Shown here: positions 1-6,885 of the stretch, piece by piece
Layout of the letters: each line of letters begins with the position of its first letter
Numbering within the stretch: position 1 is the first letter of the stretch
IMG/VR virus record: IMGVR_UViG_3300020395_001275
Strand: one strand, 5' to 3'
Source of the DNA: an uncultured virus (IMG/VR IMGVR_UViG_3300020395_001275)
Taxonomy: Duplodnaviria; Heunggongvirae; Uroviricota; Caudoviricetes
Length of the DNA: 64,000 nucleotides
Made by a program: the position numbers and the translations under genes
The notes under the pieces: generated by a model
Databases searched by the model: none
Seen by the model: the letters and a program-made list of their open reading frames with translations, nothing else
Told to the model about the DNA's origin: nothing

Positions 1-142
1 CTGGTTTCTTACAATCCAGAGGAACTCTGGAAAGAAAATCTCTTAGGGCGGCTTTTACCATACCATCGGAGGGATGGTTAGGTTCATTGGTATTCTCAAA
101 GAGGTATACCTGTGCGTTCTTATCAGAATGTATGGTCTTCAC
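1..142 (-). CDS. hypothetical protein, 3' end runs off the window
   Basis: GTG start overlaps the TGA of the upstream ORF (GTGA); frame open to window edge (VKTIHSDKNAQVYLF...). Confidence 0.5.
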   Translation of the reverse strand, partial: MKTIHSDKNAQVYLFENTNEPNHPSDGMVKAALRDFLSRVPLDCKKP

Positions 143-318
143 TGAGGGCACTCTCTAACTGTACCAGTTGCTTCTGCTTTCTCCATGGTCTGATACTGTA
201 TTGCGGTCATGTCCCATGCCATGTCGTTCACACGTTTCTGGGCAGCATACTCATTATCTGCATCAACTCTCACCCATGTCTTATATGTGACTGTTGTTTC
301 TACATCAAAGGTTTTCAT
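139..318 (-). CDS. 59-aa hypothetical protein, DpnD/PcfM-like
   Basis: Manual translation MKTFDVETTVTYKTWVRVDADNEYAAQKRV...; V-x-V-x-A-x-x-E-x-x-A pattern. Confidence 0.65.
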   Translation of the reverse strand: MKTFDVETTVTYKTWVRVDADNEYAAQKRVNDMAWDMTAIQYQTMEKAEATGTVRECPQ

Positions 319-464
319 AGTTTTTTACTGGGGGAAATTTTTTGAAAAATTATATTTTTGAATCCTCGCTCGCTCATGCAAGACTTTATAGCTTAGATTG
401 TCTAGGGAAGTTAAGCTACGGGCACCCCGTAAAAACGGACGGGGGGCGACGACTGCCTGCTGCC

Positions 465-623
465 CTACTGCTCAGGGGGTGAGCAACAGCAAGGACAATA
501 TCCTCTGTCTTCGCGTTCCTCTTCTAATGATCCATATTCATCAAACGTTATTACTGTGAAATGATCTTTAATGAATTGATCATTAATCAATGCGTTGTAT
601 GTGTCATTAGATAGTGATTGCAT
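465..623 (-). CDS. 52-aa hypothetical protein with CPCCC C-terminus
   Basis: Manual translation MQSLSNDTYNALINDQFIKDHF...RGYCPCCCSPPEQ; TATAAT boxes upstream. Confidence 0.55.
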   Translation of the reverse strand: MQSLSNDTYNALINDQFIKDHFTVITFDEYGSLEEEREDRGYCPCCCSPPEQ

Positions 624-950
624 AAGCACCTGTATATGTGTATGCTTATATTATAATGTATATTATATGTGTGTGTATATTATATGTGACAGTATTATAT
701 GTGTCATATATTATATCAATATATTATTTGAGTATATTATATTATATGTGGTATATATGCCCATATATAGCCCGCCCTGTATTATTGACGGGGTAGTATA
801 TATGTATTATATTATATGCTGTGTGTATATGTGTATGCATAGTATATTATATTATATGTGTGTATTATATACTAAAAAATCAATCGCTATATATGCTCTA
901 TTATGGGCACATATAGCGATATATAGACCGACCTAATAATTCGACGGGGT
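624..950. repeat. very AT-rich low-complexity tract with TATTATAT(GTG) iterations; candidate replication origin / unwinding element
   Basis: Many TATTATAT copies, C-poor top strand, GACGGGG repeats within and flanking, 10-bp inverted repeat 883-892/911-920. Confidence 0.6.
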
Positions 951-953
951 AAT

Positions 954-975
954 AAAAAACCCCTATTTGTAGGGG
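954..975 (-). terminator. intrinsic terminator
   Basis: CCCCTA-CAAA-TAGGGG followed by T6 on the minus strand. Confidence 0.7.
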
Positions 976-1082
976 TGGATTAAATCACTTGTTAGGTCTA
1001 GGGCATTAGCAATTTGTACTCTTGCGAATGTGTTTTGTCCTATGCAAAAGATTGCCAAAAATAGAATAATCAAACGGGTCAT
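963..1082 (-). CDS. 39-aa hydrophobic small protein
   Basis: MTRLIILFLAIFCIGQNTFARVQIANALD...; ends in the terminator. Confidence 0.45.
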   Translation of the reverse strand: MTRLIILFLAIFCIGQNTFARVQIANALDLTSDLIHPYK

Positions 1083-1116
1083 AATGATGAATAGAAAGAG
1101 TGAATAATTAGACGAC

Positions 1117-1317
1117 TTATAATTCGACGGGGGTGCGTGTACACCATTTGAAAGAAGAAACGGAACCAACTTTAAAAATGGTCATTTCTTCCATCATGTC
1201 TTCTGCCATGCCTAGGGCAAGATCTTCGATCTGTTCCCATGTAGTAGCATACTCTGCCCATGATCTGAGTTCGTTTCCCCAGTATGTTGGTTGAACTGCC
1301 CAAGTAGTTTTGTTCAT
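1117..1317 (-). CDS. early hypothetical protein (66 aa)
   Basis: Start MNKTTW moved downstream of the TATAAT at 1346-1351. Confidence 0.7.
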   Translation of the reverse strand: MNKTTWAVQPTYWGNELRSWAEYATTWEQIEDLALGMAEDMMEEMTIFKVGSVSSFKWCTRTPVEL

Positions 1318-1402
1318 TTGTTCAAGTGAATTTCTGTATGTACTAATTATAGCATTGATGAACACCCCGTCTATAGTATTGACGAGGTGTTGTAATAAAG
1401 AT

Positions 1403-1660
1403 TTACAATTCATTGATTAAATCGCTCATCTCGTCATACTCTGCCATTGTCCAACTTGCACCATCTGGAGTTTGTAGCATGTCGAATTCTTGCATTTCAA
1501 TGATAAAATCGAAGTAAGAATCAACTGACCTAGCGATTCTGTAAAGTCCCTCATCATTCTGAATCCATAAGGCACAGTTCCAAGTTGTCCAGTTTGCCCA
1601 TCCGTTGTAACCCTTGTTTGAGTCTTCGGTGTTGAGTTCTTGTTGAAGAGTTAAAGTCAT
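1403..1660 (-). CDS. conserved phage early protein (YNGWxNWxTWNxxLWIxNDE family)
   Basis: Recognisable motif; TTGCAG-17-TATAAT promoter upstream. Confidence 0.8.
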   Translation of the reverse strand: MTLTLQQELNTEDSNKGYNGWANWTTWNCALWIQNDEGLYRIARSVDSYFDFIIEMQEFDMLQTPDGASWTMAEYDEMSDLINEL

Positions 1661-1739
1661 GTTTGCTTTAATTGATTTGTTACCCATATTATAAAACCTG
1701 TACCATCGTACTGCAAGTACAAATGATACAGGTTGATGT

Positions 1740-1856
1740 ATAGGTGACGTGGGACTACTGTAATGGGTTTCACCCAAGAGTCCAAATTTACGCTATGGGA
1801 ATCGCTTACACCTGTACCCCAACTTAATGGGCATAGCAACCAGCTGAGTCGCCTAT
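1740..1856. ncRNA. candidate structured non-coding RNA
   Basis: Intergenic nested helices: 1740-1748/1848-1856, 1752-1756/1779-1783, 1764-1768/1772-1776, 1792-1797/1832-1837, 1818-1821/1828-1831. Confidence 0.4.
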
Positions 1857-1912
1857 TATGTGTGGACTTACAACAATTGGCATTATGCGAGATGTACGCC
1901 ACGGTTAGCGAT

Positions 1913-2101
1913 CTAGTGACGATCGCTAATATACCATGTTCCCCCATTCGGTTGGGGTCTGTCTTTAAAATCTCTAAGTGCCATTTCGTCGAGAACTGCA
2001 ATTAAAATTGGATCATTTAATGCGTTATCGTTCATTAGAACTCGACCTTGATAGTAGGGTCTTAGAGTGTTGTCAAACATGGCGTTAGTTGTTTTGTTCA
2101 T
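1913..2101 (-). CDS. early hypothetical protein
   Basis: ORF track; ATG 6 nt after TATAAT (alternative start 2080). Confidence 0.65.
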   Translation of the reverse strand: MNKTTNAMFDNTLRPYYQGRVLMNDNALNDPILIAVLDEMALRDFKDRPQPNGGTWYISDRH

Positions 2102-2224
2102 ACCTTTATTATACATGCTATGAAGTATAAAAAAAGGTTAGGGACGATGATTGAAACAATTGTTAATATTCACCATCCAAGGTATAATAGGAGGGTGAGT
2201 AGTCCCACCCGTCCTATTTCTGCC

Positions 2225-2539
2225 TTATGCGAATTCGAGAGTCGGGACCTCTGTTTTTTGGTAGAGAATCGCGTCCTGTCTGAATTGCCTTTTATAGGTC
2301 TGTCCGACCTCTTTGAGTTTTTCAATGATTTGAGATGATCCAGTTGTACGTTCGTCAACTGTCACTGAAATGATTTTACTCTTTTCTACTGTGCCCTTAT
2401 ATATGCCGATTGCGTCGGTGATAGTGGCATAGTCTAGACGAGTTACAATTTCAGTTTCTAGGAATTGCAACCACATCTGGTTAGTAACCTTCCCTTCAGA
2501 TCCGATATTTTGACCTAAGGTGATTGAGTGGGTTTGCAT
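2225..2539 (-). CDS. DUF3574-like protein
   Basis: W..FLETEI..R...TI.DA.G.YKG..EKSKII...YK.QF.QD pattern. Confidence 0.65.
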   Translation of the reverse strand: MQTHSITLGQNIGSEGKVTNQMWLQFLETEIVTRLDYATITDAIGIYKGTVEKSKIISVTVDERTTGSSQIIEKLKEVGQTYKRQFRQDAILYQKTEVPTLEFA

Positions 2540-2680
2540 AGTCTGTGTTAACTGATTCCATTATAATGCATATGCAGCGTGTGGATCACCAAAGTGGACA
2601 CTAATATTACTGGCACACTGAATCCCCATCACCTAGGATCCGTCCCTTATAATGTACACATACACAACAATAAGACTAAA

Positions 2681-2923
2681 ATGATCTTAAGACAAGTCGG
2701 TAGCAACCAAACCGAACTCAGTTTCAACAACGGTACCACGTTGTTCTTTTCATATGAAACTCCAGTTGCTGGTTTTTCTCTTGATAAGGGACACTTCAAA
2801 ACTAATACCTATTACTCAAGAACTACGAGCAAGCACATAAACTCATATATGAAGCATGCCCGAAGTGTGGAAACTGTTTCAGATGATTACATTGTCTCAT
2901 TATGTCATCCAGAGGGAGTATAA
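2681..2923 (+). CDS. conserved phage early protein (FFSYETPVA...YSRTTSKHIN)
   Basis: Start downstream of TATAAT 2648-2653; recognisable phage motif. Confidence 0.8.
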   Translation: MILRQVGSNQTELSFNNGTTLFFSYETPVAGFSLDKGHFKTNTYYSRTTSKHINSYMKHARSVETVSDDYIVSLCHPEGV

Positions 2924-2930
2924 TAGAGAT

Positions 2931-3125
2931 ATGACAATTAAAACATCCAATCCAGAGTGGACACGTACCCTCACAATGACCGAAGCAGAGGAAGCAGTCC
3001 TCGTTTCCATTGCCCGTTATTTCGTTGAGATGGGATTGCCCGAAGACATCAACGAAACAGATTTTGACACACTGGTCGATAAAATCTGTGAACCGTCCCC
3101 ATTTGACTACTCAGTTACAGAGTAG
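2931..3125 (+). CDS. early hypothetical protein
   Basis: ATG 6 nt after TATAAT 2919-2924. Confidence 0.7.
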   Translation: MTIKTSNPEWTRTLTMTEAEEAVLVSIARYFVEMGLPEDINETDFDTLVDKICEPSPFDYSVTE

Positions 3126-3199
3126 TCAGCTGACCTCTTGTAACATTTTATACATTGTATCATATGTACATTGCTATCCCCTACGCTATCCTTTATAAT
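3125..3199 (+). promoter_or_regulatory. sigma70-type early promoter with upstream palindromic boxes
   Basis: GTCAGCTGAC; TGTA-N8-TACA 3139-3154; GTATCATATGTAC; TTGCTA-17-TATAAT. Confidence 0.7.
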
Positions 3200-3224
3200 A
3201 GAATCAAATCAAGGAAAACCAAAC

Positions 3225-3401
3225 ATGAGTTGCCTACAAAACGAAATTCTACTCGAACAATGCTATGACGAAGCAGTCGAGGACTTTATGACAGCGAACA
3301 AATTAGACTTTGAAATGTTCCGTCAAATCGAAAATCACGAAGGAGTGATGCTTGCAATCGAGAAAAATGCAAGAGCAAAATTCGAGGGTCTAGTACAATG
3401 A
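3225..3401 (+). CDS. early hypothetical protein (58 aa)
   Basis: AAGGA RBS, MSCLQNEILLEQCYDE... Confidence 0.75.
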   Translation: MSCLQNEILLEQCYDEAVEDFMTANKLDFEMFRQIENHEGVMLAIEKNARAKFEGLVQ

Positions 3402-3571
3402 CCCTTAAAATGAGAGTATTTAAACTCACGGATGAGCAAATTGACATGCTCATTGAATCCGTTATGCTTGCCTATGAAATGGACATTGAAGAGCGTAACG
3501 ATTGGAATCGTGAAACATTCGACTCCATGCTTAACGAGGTAGTAGGATCGTATCGGACGAACTACCTCTAG
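3398..3571 (+). CDS. 57-aa hypothetical protein, probable paralog of 2931..3125
   Basis: ATGA overlap; MTLKMRVFKLTDEQIDML...WNRETFDSMLNEV. Confidence 0.7.
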   Translation: MTLKMRVFKLTDEQIDMLIESVMLAYEMDIEERNDWNRETFDSMLNEVVGSYRTNYL

Positions 3572-3635
3572 TATCATTTGTACTTTCAATTTCAGCGATT
3601 TTCCGCTATTATTAAACTAATTCAATACAGCATTT

Positions 3636-4139
3636 ATGCCAAATCATTGTTACAACCGAGTATCATTTTATTCTGATGATACAACAGCAATTTTAAAATT
3701 GTACAACATTTTTGAATCTGGTACTAATCCAAAAAATGACCTTACAGTCTTTGGGCAAATTATCCCCGAACCAGACTGGGCAAATACCCCACTAGCAGAG
3801 GGTGACTTGCAAGAGTATTCATTCTCAAACCCTAGAGGTGAAGTAGGTGAAAAACCAGTTTATAAGGATAAGGGATTTGGTAAGGGTCTCTACTTCCCAT
3901 CTACTGACGTAAACGACGATCGCTGGTATAACTGGCGAGTGCATAACTGGGGAACTAAATGGGATTGCTATGACCTGAGCATTGAAGATGACGAAATGCC
4001 AAATGGTTTTCAAGCACAATTCAATACAGCATGGTCACCGCCAGAGGATATTGCAAATGCTATTAAAGAGCAATTTGATGACCTTAGCGTCTCATGGTTC
4101 TATGATGAACCTGGAATGGAAGTTGCGGGGTATCTGTAA
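3636..4139 (+). CDS. DUF1281/YubB ferredoxin-like family protein
   Basis: MPNHCYN, WYNWRVHNWGTKWD, FNTAWSPP and YDEPGM motifs. Confidence 0.8.
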   Translation: MPNHCYNRVSFYSDDTTAILKLYNIFESGTNPKNDLTVFGQIIPEPDWANTPLAEGDLQEYSFSNPRGEVGEKPVYKDKGFGKGLYFPSTDVNDDRWYNWRVHNWGTKWDCYDLSIEDDEMPNGFQAQFNTAWSPPEDIANAIKEQFDDLSVSWFYDEPGMEVAGYL

Positions 4140-4382
4140 ATGGATCGGAAAATCTTACTAGAACTTAAAGAGTTTTTAACTGAGAGAATGGTGGACAATA
4201 TGTCCACCAAAGACCTCGAAGAATACGTCTCAAATGACCTATTCAATTATTTTGATAAACTAGGTGAACATGAATTCCTAGAGGAAGCGAGGAATTATTG
4301 GGATGATAGTTTTGATGATGTAATCGAAGAGGTGAAGGATTACATGAAATGTGATTTTAAACAATCACCACGGGTCAGCTGA
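4140..4382 (+). CDS. acidic early hypothetical protein
   Basis: ORF track; abuts previous stop. Confidence 0.75.
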   Translation: MDRKILLELKEFLTERMVDNMSTKDLEEYVSNDLFNYFDKLGEHEFLEEARNYWDDSFDDVIEEVKDYMKCDFKQSPRVS

Positions 4383-4447
4383 CCCATGTAACGAATTGTT
4401 ACAGTATCCCCATTTATGCTTTAAATGGGGACAATATCCTTTATAAT
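4372..4447 (+). promoter_or_regulatory. early promoter with three tandem inverted repeats
   Basis: GGGTCAGCTGACCC; TGTAAC-N5-GTTACA; TCCCCATTTA-N5-TAAATGGGGA; TATAAT 4442-4447. Confidence 0.65.
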
Positions 4448-4483
4448 AAGGATGTACAAACGAAATTCATTCATTTTTAGATT

Positions 4484-4684
4484 ATGCAATTCTTATACGT
4501 TGACCCTTCAGACTATCCAGTAACAAGAGAGGGCATCTATCAAGCATGTTATGACGAAGTAGTTGCCGAAGCAACTGATACTGGAGATCTACCGATGTAT
4601 GGTCAACAGATGCTGAACCAATCAGCACAATGGAAATTTGATGACTTCATGTCAGACATCGAAAAAATGGTGGGGGTTAAGTAA
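4484..4684 (+). CDS. early hypothetical protein, similar to 3225..3401
   Basis: Shared CYDE.V and A..KF motifs. Confidence 0.7.
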   Translation: MQFLYVDPSDYPVTREGIYQACYDEVVAEATDTGDLPMYGQQMLNQSAQWKFDDFMSDIEKMVGVK

Positions 4685-4944
4685 TGAACTCATCATTTAA
4701 CGATTTTATCAACTATTGCCTTTCATTCTATGGACATGATGGAATTTATTCACAAAACAGATCTCGCGAGCAAATCGCATATTGTACATGCCTTTACCTT
4801 GATGCTATCGCTCATTATGATAGCGATGTCTACACATGGGGGGACGGGGATAGTCTCGACCGTGAGCGTGTAAGGGACATTATGAACCAAATTTATGACG
4901 GTGGATATAATCCATTCGCTTACCTTGAGGAGGTGGTAGCATGA
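4684..4944 (+). CDS. conserved phage hypothetical protein
   Basis: FI.YC.SFY...GIY and GDSLDRERVRDI motifs; TAATG coupling. Confidence 0.8.
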   Translation: MNSSFNDFINYCLSFYGHDGIYSQNRSREQIAYCTCLYLDAIAHYDSDVYTWGDGDSLDRERVRDIMNQIYDGGYNPFAYLEEVVA

Positions 4945-5150
4945 AAAAAGTTGCACAAACCCAAAAAACAGGCATCAAGTATTCTGTTTTACTAGATAAA
5001 CTTTCTGACCTAGGTTGGGAATACACATGTAATAGAATGTCTAGGTCAGGCATGCAAGTTTATGATGAGATTATGCAATACATGCATGTCCTAGAACCTA
5101 ACGAGCATTGGAACGAGGATGCATACACCGATAAGAACTGTGATCATTAA
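4941..5150 (+). CDS. early hypothetical protein
   Basis: GGAGG RBS, ATGA overlap. Confidence 0.75.
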   Translation: MKKVAQTQKTGIKYSVLLDKLSDLGWEYTCNRMSRSGMQVYDEIMQYMHVLEPNEHWNEDAYTDKNCDH

Positions 5151-5159
5151 GGAGGACCT

Positions 5160-5327
5160 ATGAACCAATTCCGTGTAAATTGCTCAGAAGTGAATTATTT
5201 CACCGTGATTGTCGAAGCAGAGACAGCAGAGCAGGCAGCTGAACTCGCACATGCAAACATCAACTCATTCGAGGTTGAGACCGAGCATGTTTCCGAGTGG
5301 ACCATCGAGGAGGTTGAAGAAGTATGA
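5160..5327 (+). CDS. 55-aa DpnD/PcfM-like protein
   Basis: AAGGAGG RBS; MNQFRVNCSEVNYFTVIVEAETAEQAAELA... Confidence 0.75.
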   Translation: MNQFRVNCSEVNYFTVIVEAETAEQAAELAHANINSFEVETEHVSEWTIEEVEEV

Positions 5328-5446
5328 CACATGACGAAATTCGCGCTGCATCTACGAAAAAACTCAGGAACATGTTAAAAGAGGACATTCCTGTGGAATT
5401 AGATGATATGATCAACTATGAACTTTATATTAGAGAATATTCATAG
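5324..5446 (+). CDS. 40-aa hypothetical protein
   Basis: ATGA overlap; MTHDEIRAASTKKLRNMLK...; followed by terminator. Confidence 0.65.
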   Translation: MTHDEIRAASTKKLRNMLKEDIPVELDDMINYELYIREYS

Positions 5447-5451
5447 GCATT

Positions 5452-5488
5452 AAAAAAGAGGGTCGGTTATCCGTCCCCTCTTTTTTTT
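5452..5488. terminator. bidirectional intrinsic terminator between convergent blocks
   Basis: A6-GAGGG..CGG-TTAT-CCG..CCCTC-T8. Confidence 0.8.
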
Positions 5489-5494
5489 ATCTTT

Positions 5495-5695
5495 TTAGTC
5501 AGATATCTCTGGCATGATATTTACTGGGACATAATAACATAATCCCTCTGTTATGTAATAATCTGCCAGTTTGTCAAATTCTGGGTACTCAGACAATAAC
5601 TCAGTGTCTAGTAGAATTTGGACTAACTCAATGGTTGCAGCAGGGTCTAGTGTTCCCTCCTTATATTCTTTTATTATTTGTGGTAGTTTAACCAT
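5495..5695 (-). CDS. hypothetical protein
   Basis: GGAGG RBS before MVKLPQII... Confidence 0.7.
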   Translation of the reverse strand: MVKLPQIIKEYKEGTLDPAATIELVQILLDTELLSEYPEFDKLADYYITEGLCYYVPVNIMPEISD

Positions 5696-5858
5696 AGAGA
5701 TCCTCCAGATCCTTGTCATTGATATTTATTCTCTGTCTATTACTTAACATATCGTAATAGCCAGAAGATTTCAAATCCTCCATTTCTTCAAGCTTTTTCT
5801 TTTTTTGACCAAATGAACCTTTTCTACCGTTTCCACGATAATCCCAAGTTTTTGCCAT
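5688..5858 (-). CDS. 56-aa basic hypothetical protein
   Basis: Manual translation MAKTWDYRGNGRKGSFGQKKKK... Confidence 0.6.
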   Translation of the reverse strand: MAKTWDYRGNGRKGSFGQKKKKLEEMEDLKSSGYYDMLSNRQRININDKDLEDLYG

Positions 5859-5878
5859 TTTAGTGTGTTTGCGAGTTT

Positions 5879-6136
5879 TTAGCTGATAGTAGTGATTTGT
5901 ACCAAGTCTCCACCTTTTAGCGATTCGTTATAAAAACGACCAAGTGAGACACTTTCAGGGTTTTTGACAAAACCGTCAAGAACTGCAAGAAGTTTCGAGC
6001 TTGCAGGTTTCCATGAATACTCATAGGTTTTCTCATTTCCTGAGAAATTGATGAAAACTTTGGATCCTTGCACGACTACCTTATCTATGGCAGAACTCAA
6101 CTCGCCTATGTCGAATGTGCGTTTCTTTGCTGGCAT
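5879..6136 (-). CDS. KTSC-domain-like protein
   Basis: SSAI...F....TYEY...SLGRFYN pattern; perfect promoter upstream. Confidence 0.65.
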   Translation of the reverse strand: MPAKKRTFDIGELSSAIDKVVVQGSKVFINFSGNEKTYEYSWKPASSKLLAVLDGFVKNPESVSLGRFYNESLKGGDLVQITTIS

Positions 6137-6160
6137 TTCCTTTGTGTTGTTTATACTAAT

Positions 6161-6189
6161 ATTATAGCGAAATCTCAGAGATTTGTCAA
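6161..6189 (-). promoter_or_regulatory. consensus sigma70 promoter
   Basis: TTGACA-17-TATAAT. Confidence 0.85.
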
Positions 6190-6440
6190 ATATTTCAGAC
6201 AGTTTACAAGCTGGCACAACCTCGCTTGACTTTTCGTGGACTGCGGGCTTAGACTGCAAGAGTTCCGTGAGGTAATCCGCACAAAGTTCTTTTTTTAAAC
6301 GTTTCTGAAAATAGGTCATTCAATCTGTATTCAATCTCAAAATACTCCAAACATACTCAGAATAGATTGAAATTGTACCAAAATGACCTAAAAATGATGC
6401 GGAAATGGGTCAAATCACCTCCGCATCACTCCGTATAGAG

Positions 6441-6629
6441 TTAAATCAGATTGTTCTTGGAATACGTTGGTGGTTTCTTCACTACCTTGGGATGTAGTGG
6501 TACATTGAGTACTTCTTCGTCTCCTTCTGCCCAGTCAGTGCAGTATGAGTAGATGAATTCAGTCTGTAAATCAGTCTTTACCAACTGTTTGTAGCAACGT
6601 TGTCTACGTTCTAGTATTCTATCAGACAT
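6441..6629 (-). CDS. hypothetical protein
   Basis: ORF track, operon packing. Confidence 0.6.
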   Translation of the reverse strand: MSDRILERRQRCYKQLVKTDLQTEFIYSYCTDWAEGDEEVLNVPLHPKVVKKPPTYSKNNLI

Positions 6630-6885
6630 AGGGACTTACACATGTATCGGATTTGTTTGGATAAGCAGCAACCTCTGGATCAGGATCTAGCCACTTGACA
6701 TACTCTGGATCTTCAATACAACAGTCTAGTTGTATACTACTATCTAGGTAGTACATGTCATTGTATTGCCTTGAGAGTTCATTGAACTTCTGGATACGAT
6801 AGTCAGGTTCACCATTTATCTCTAGTAGACCCTTCTGTACAAATCTGTATGGGAAACGTTCGAGAATGATTTCTGTCTTAGTCAT
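6622..6885 (-). CDS. conserved cyanophage hypothetical protein
   Basis: ERFPYRFVQ.G...NG.PDYRIQK...EDPEY.KWLDP. Confidence 0.8.
   Translation of the reverse strand: MTKTEIILERFPYRFVQKGLLEINGEPDYRIQKFNELSRQYNDMYYLDSSIQLDCCIEDPEYVKWLDPDPEVAAYPNKSDTCVSPYV

Noticed and set aside
112..345. 77-aa plus-strand ORF
   Set aside because: Antisense shadow of two coupled minus-strand ORFs.
595..936. 113-aa plus-strand ORF rich in Y/I/C/V/M
   Set aside because: By-product of the TA/TG low-complexity tract; composition is not protein-like.
1740..1912. Hammerhead or twister ribozyme assignment
   Set aside because: GAAAC is present but there is no CUGANGA core or twister consensus loops; left unassigned.
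1749..2208. 11-bp inverted repeat as an invertible segment
   Set aside because: Short, and no recombinase in the window; kept only as a possible RNA-level motif.
6137..6319. N-terminal extension of ORF 5879..6319 (also long forms of 1403..1777, 45653..46009, 52303..52743)
   Set aside because: Internal promoter/RBS signals or domain boundaries indicate downstream starts.
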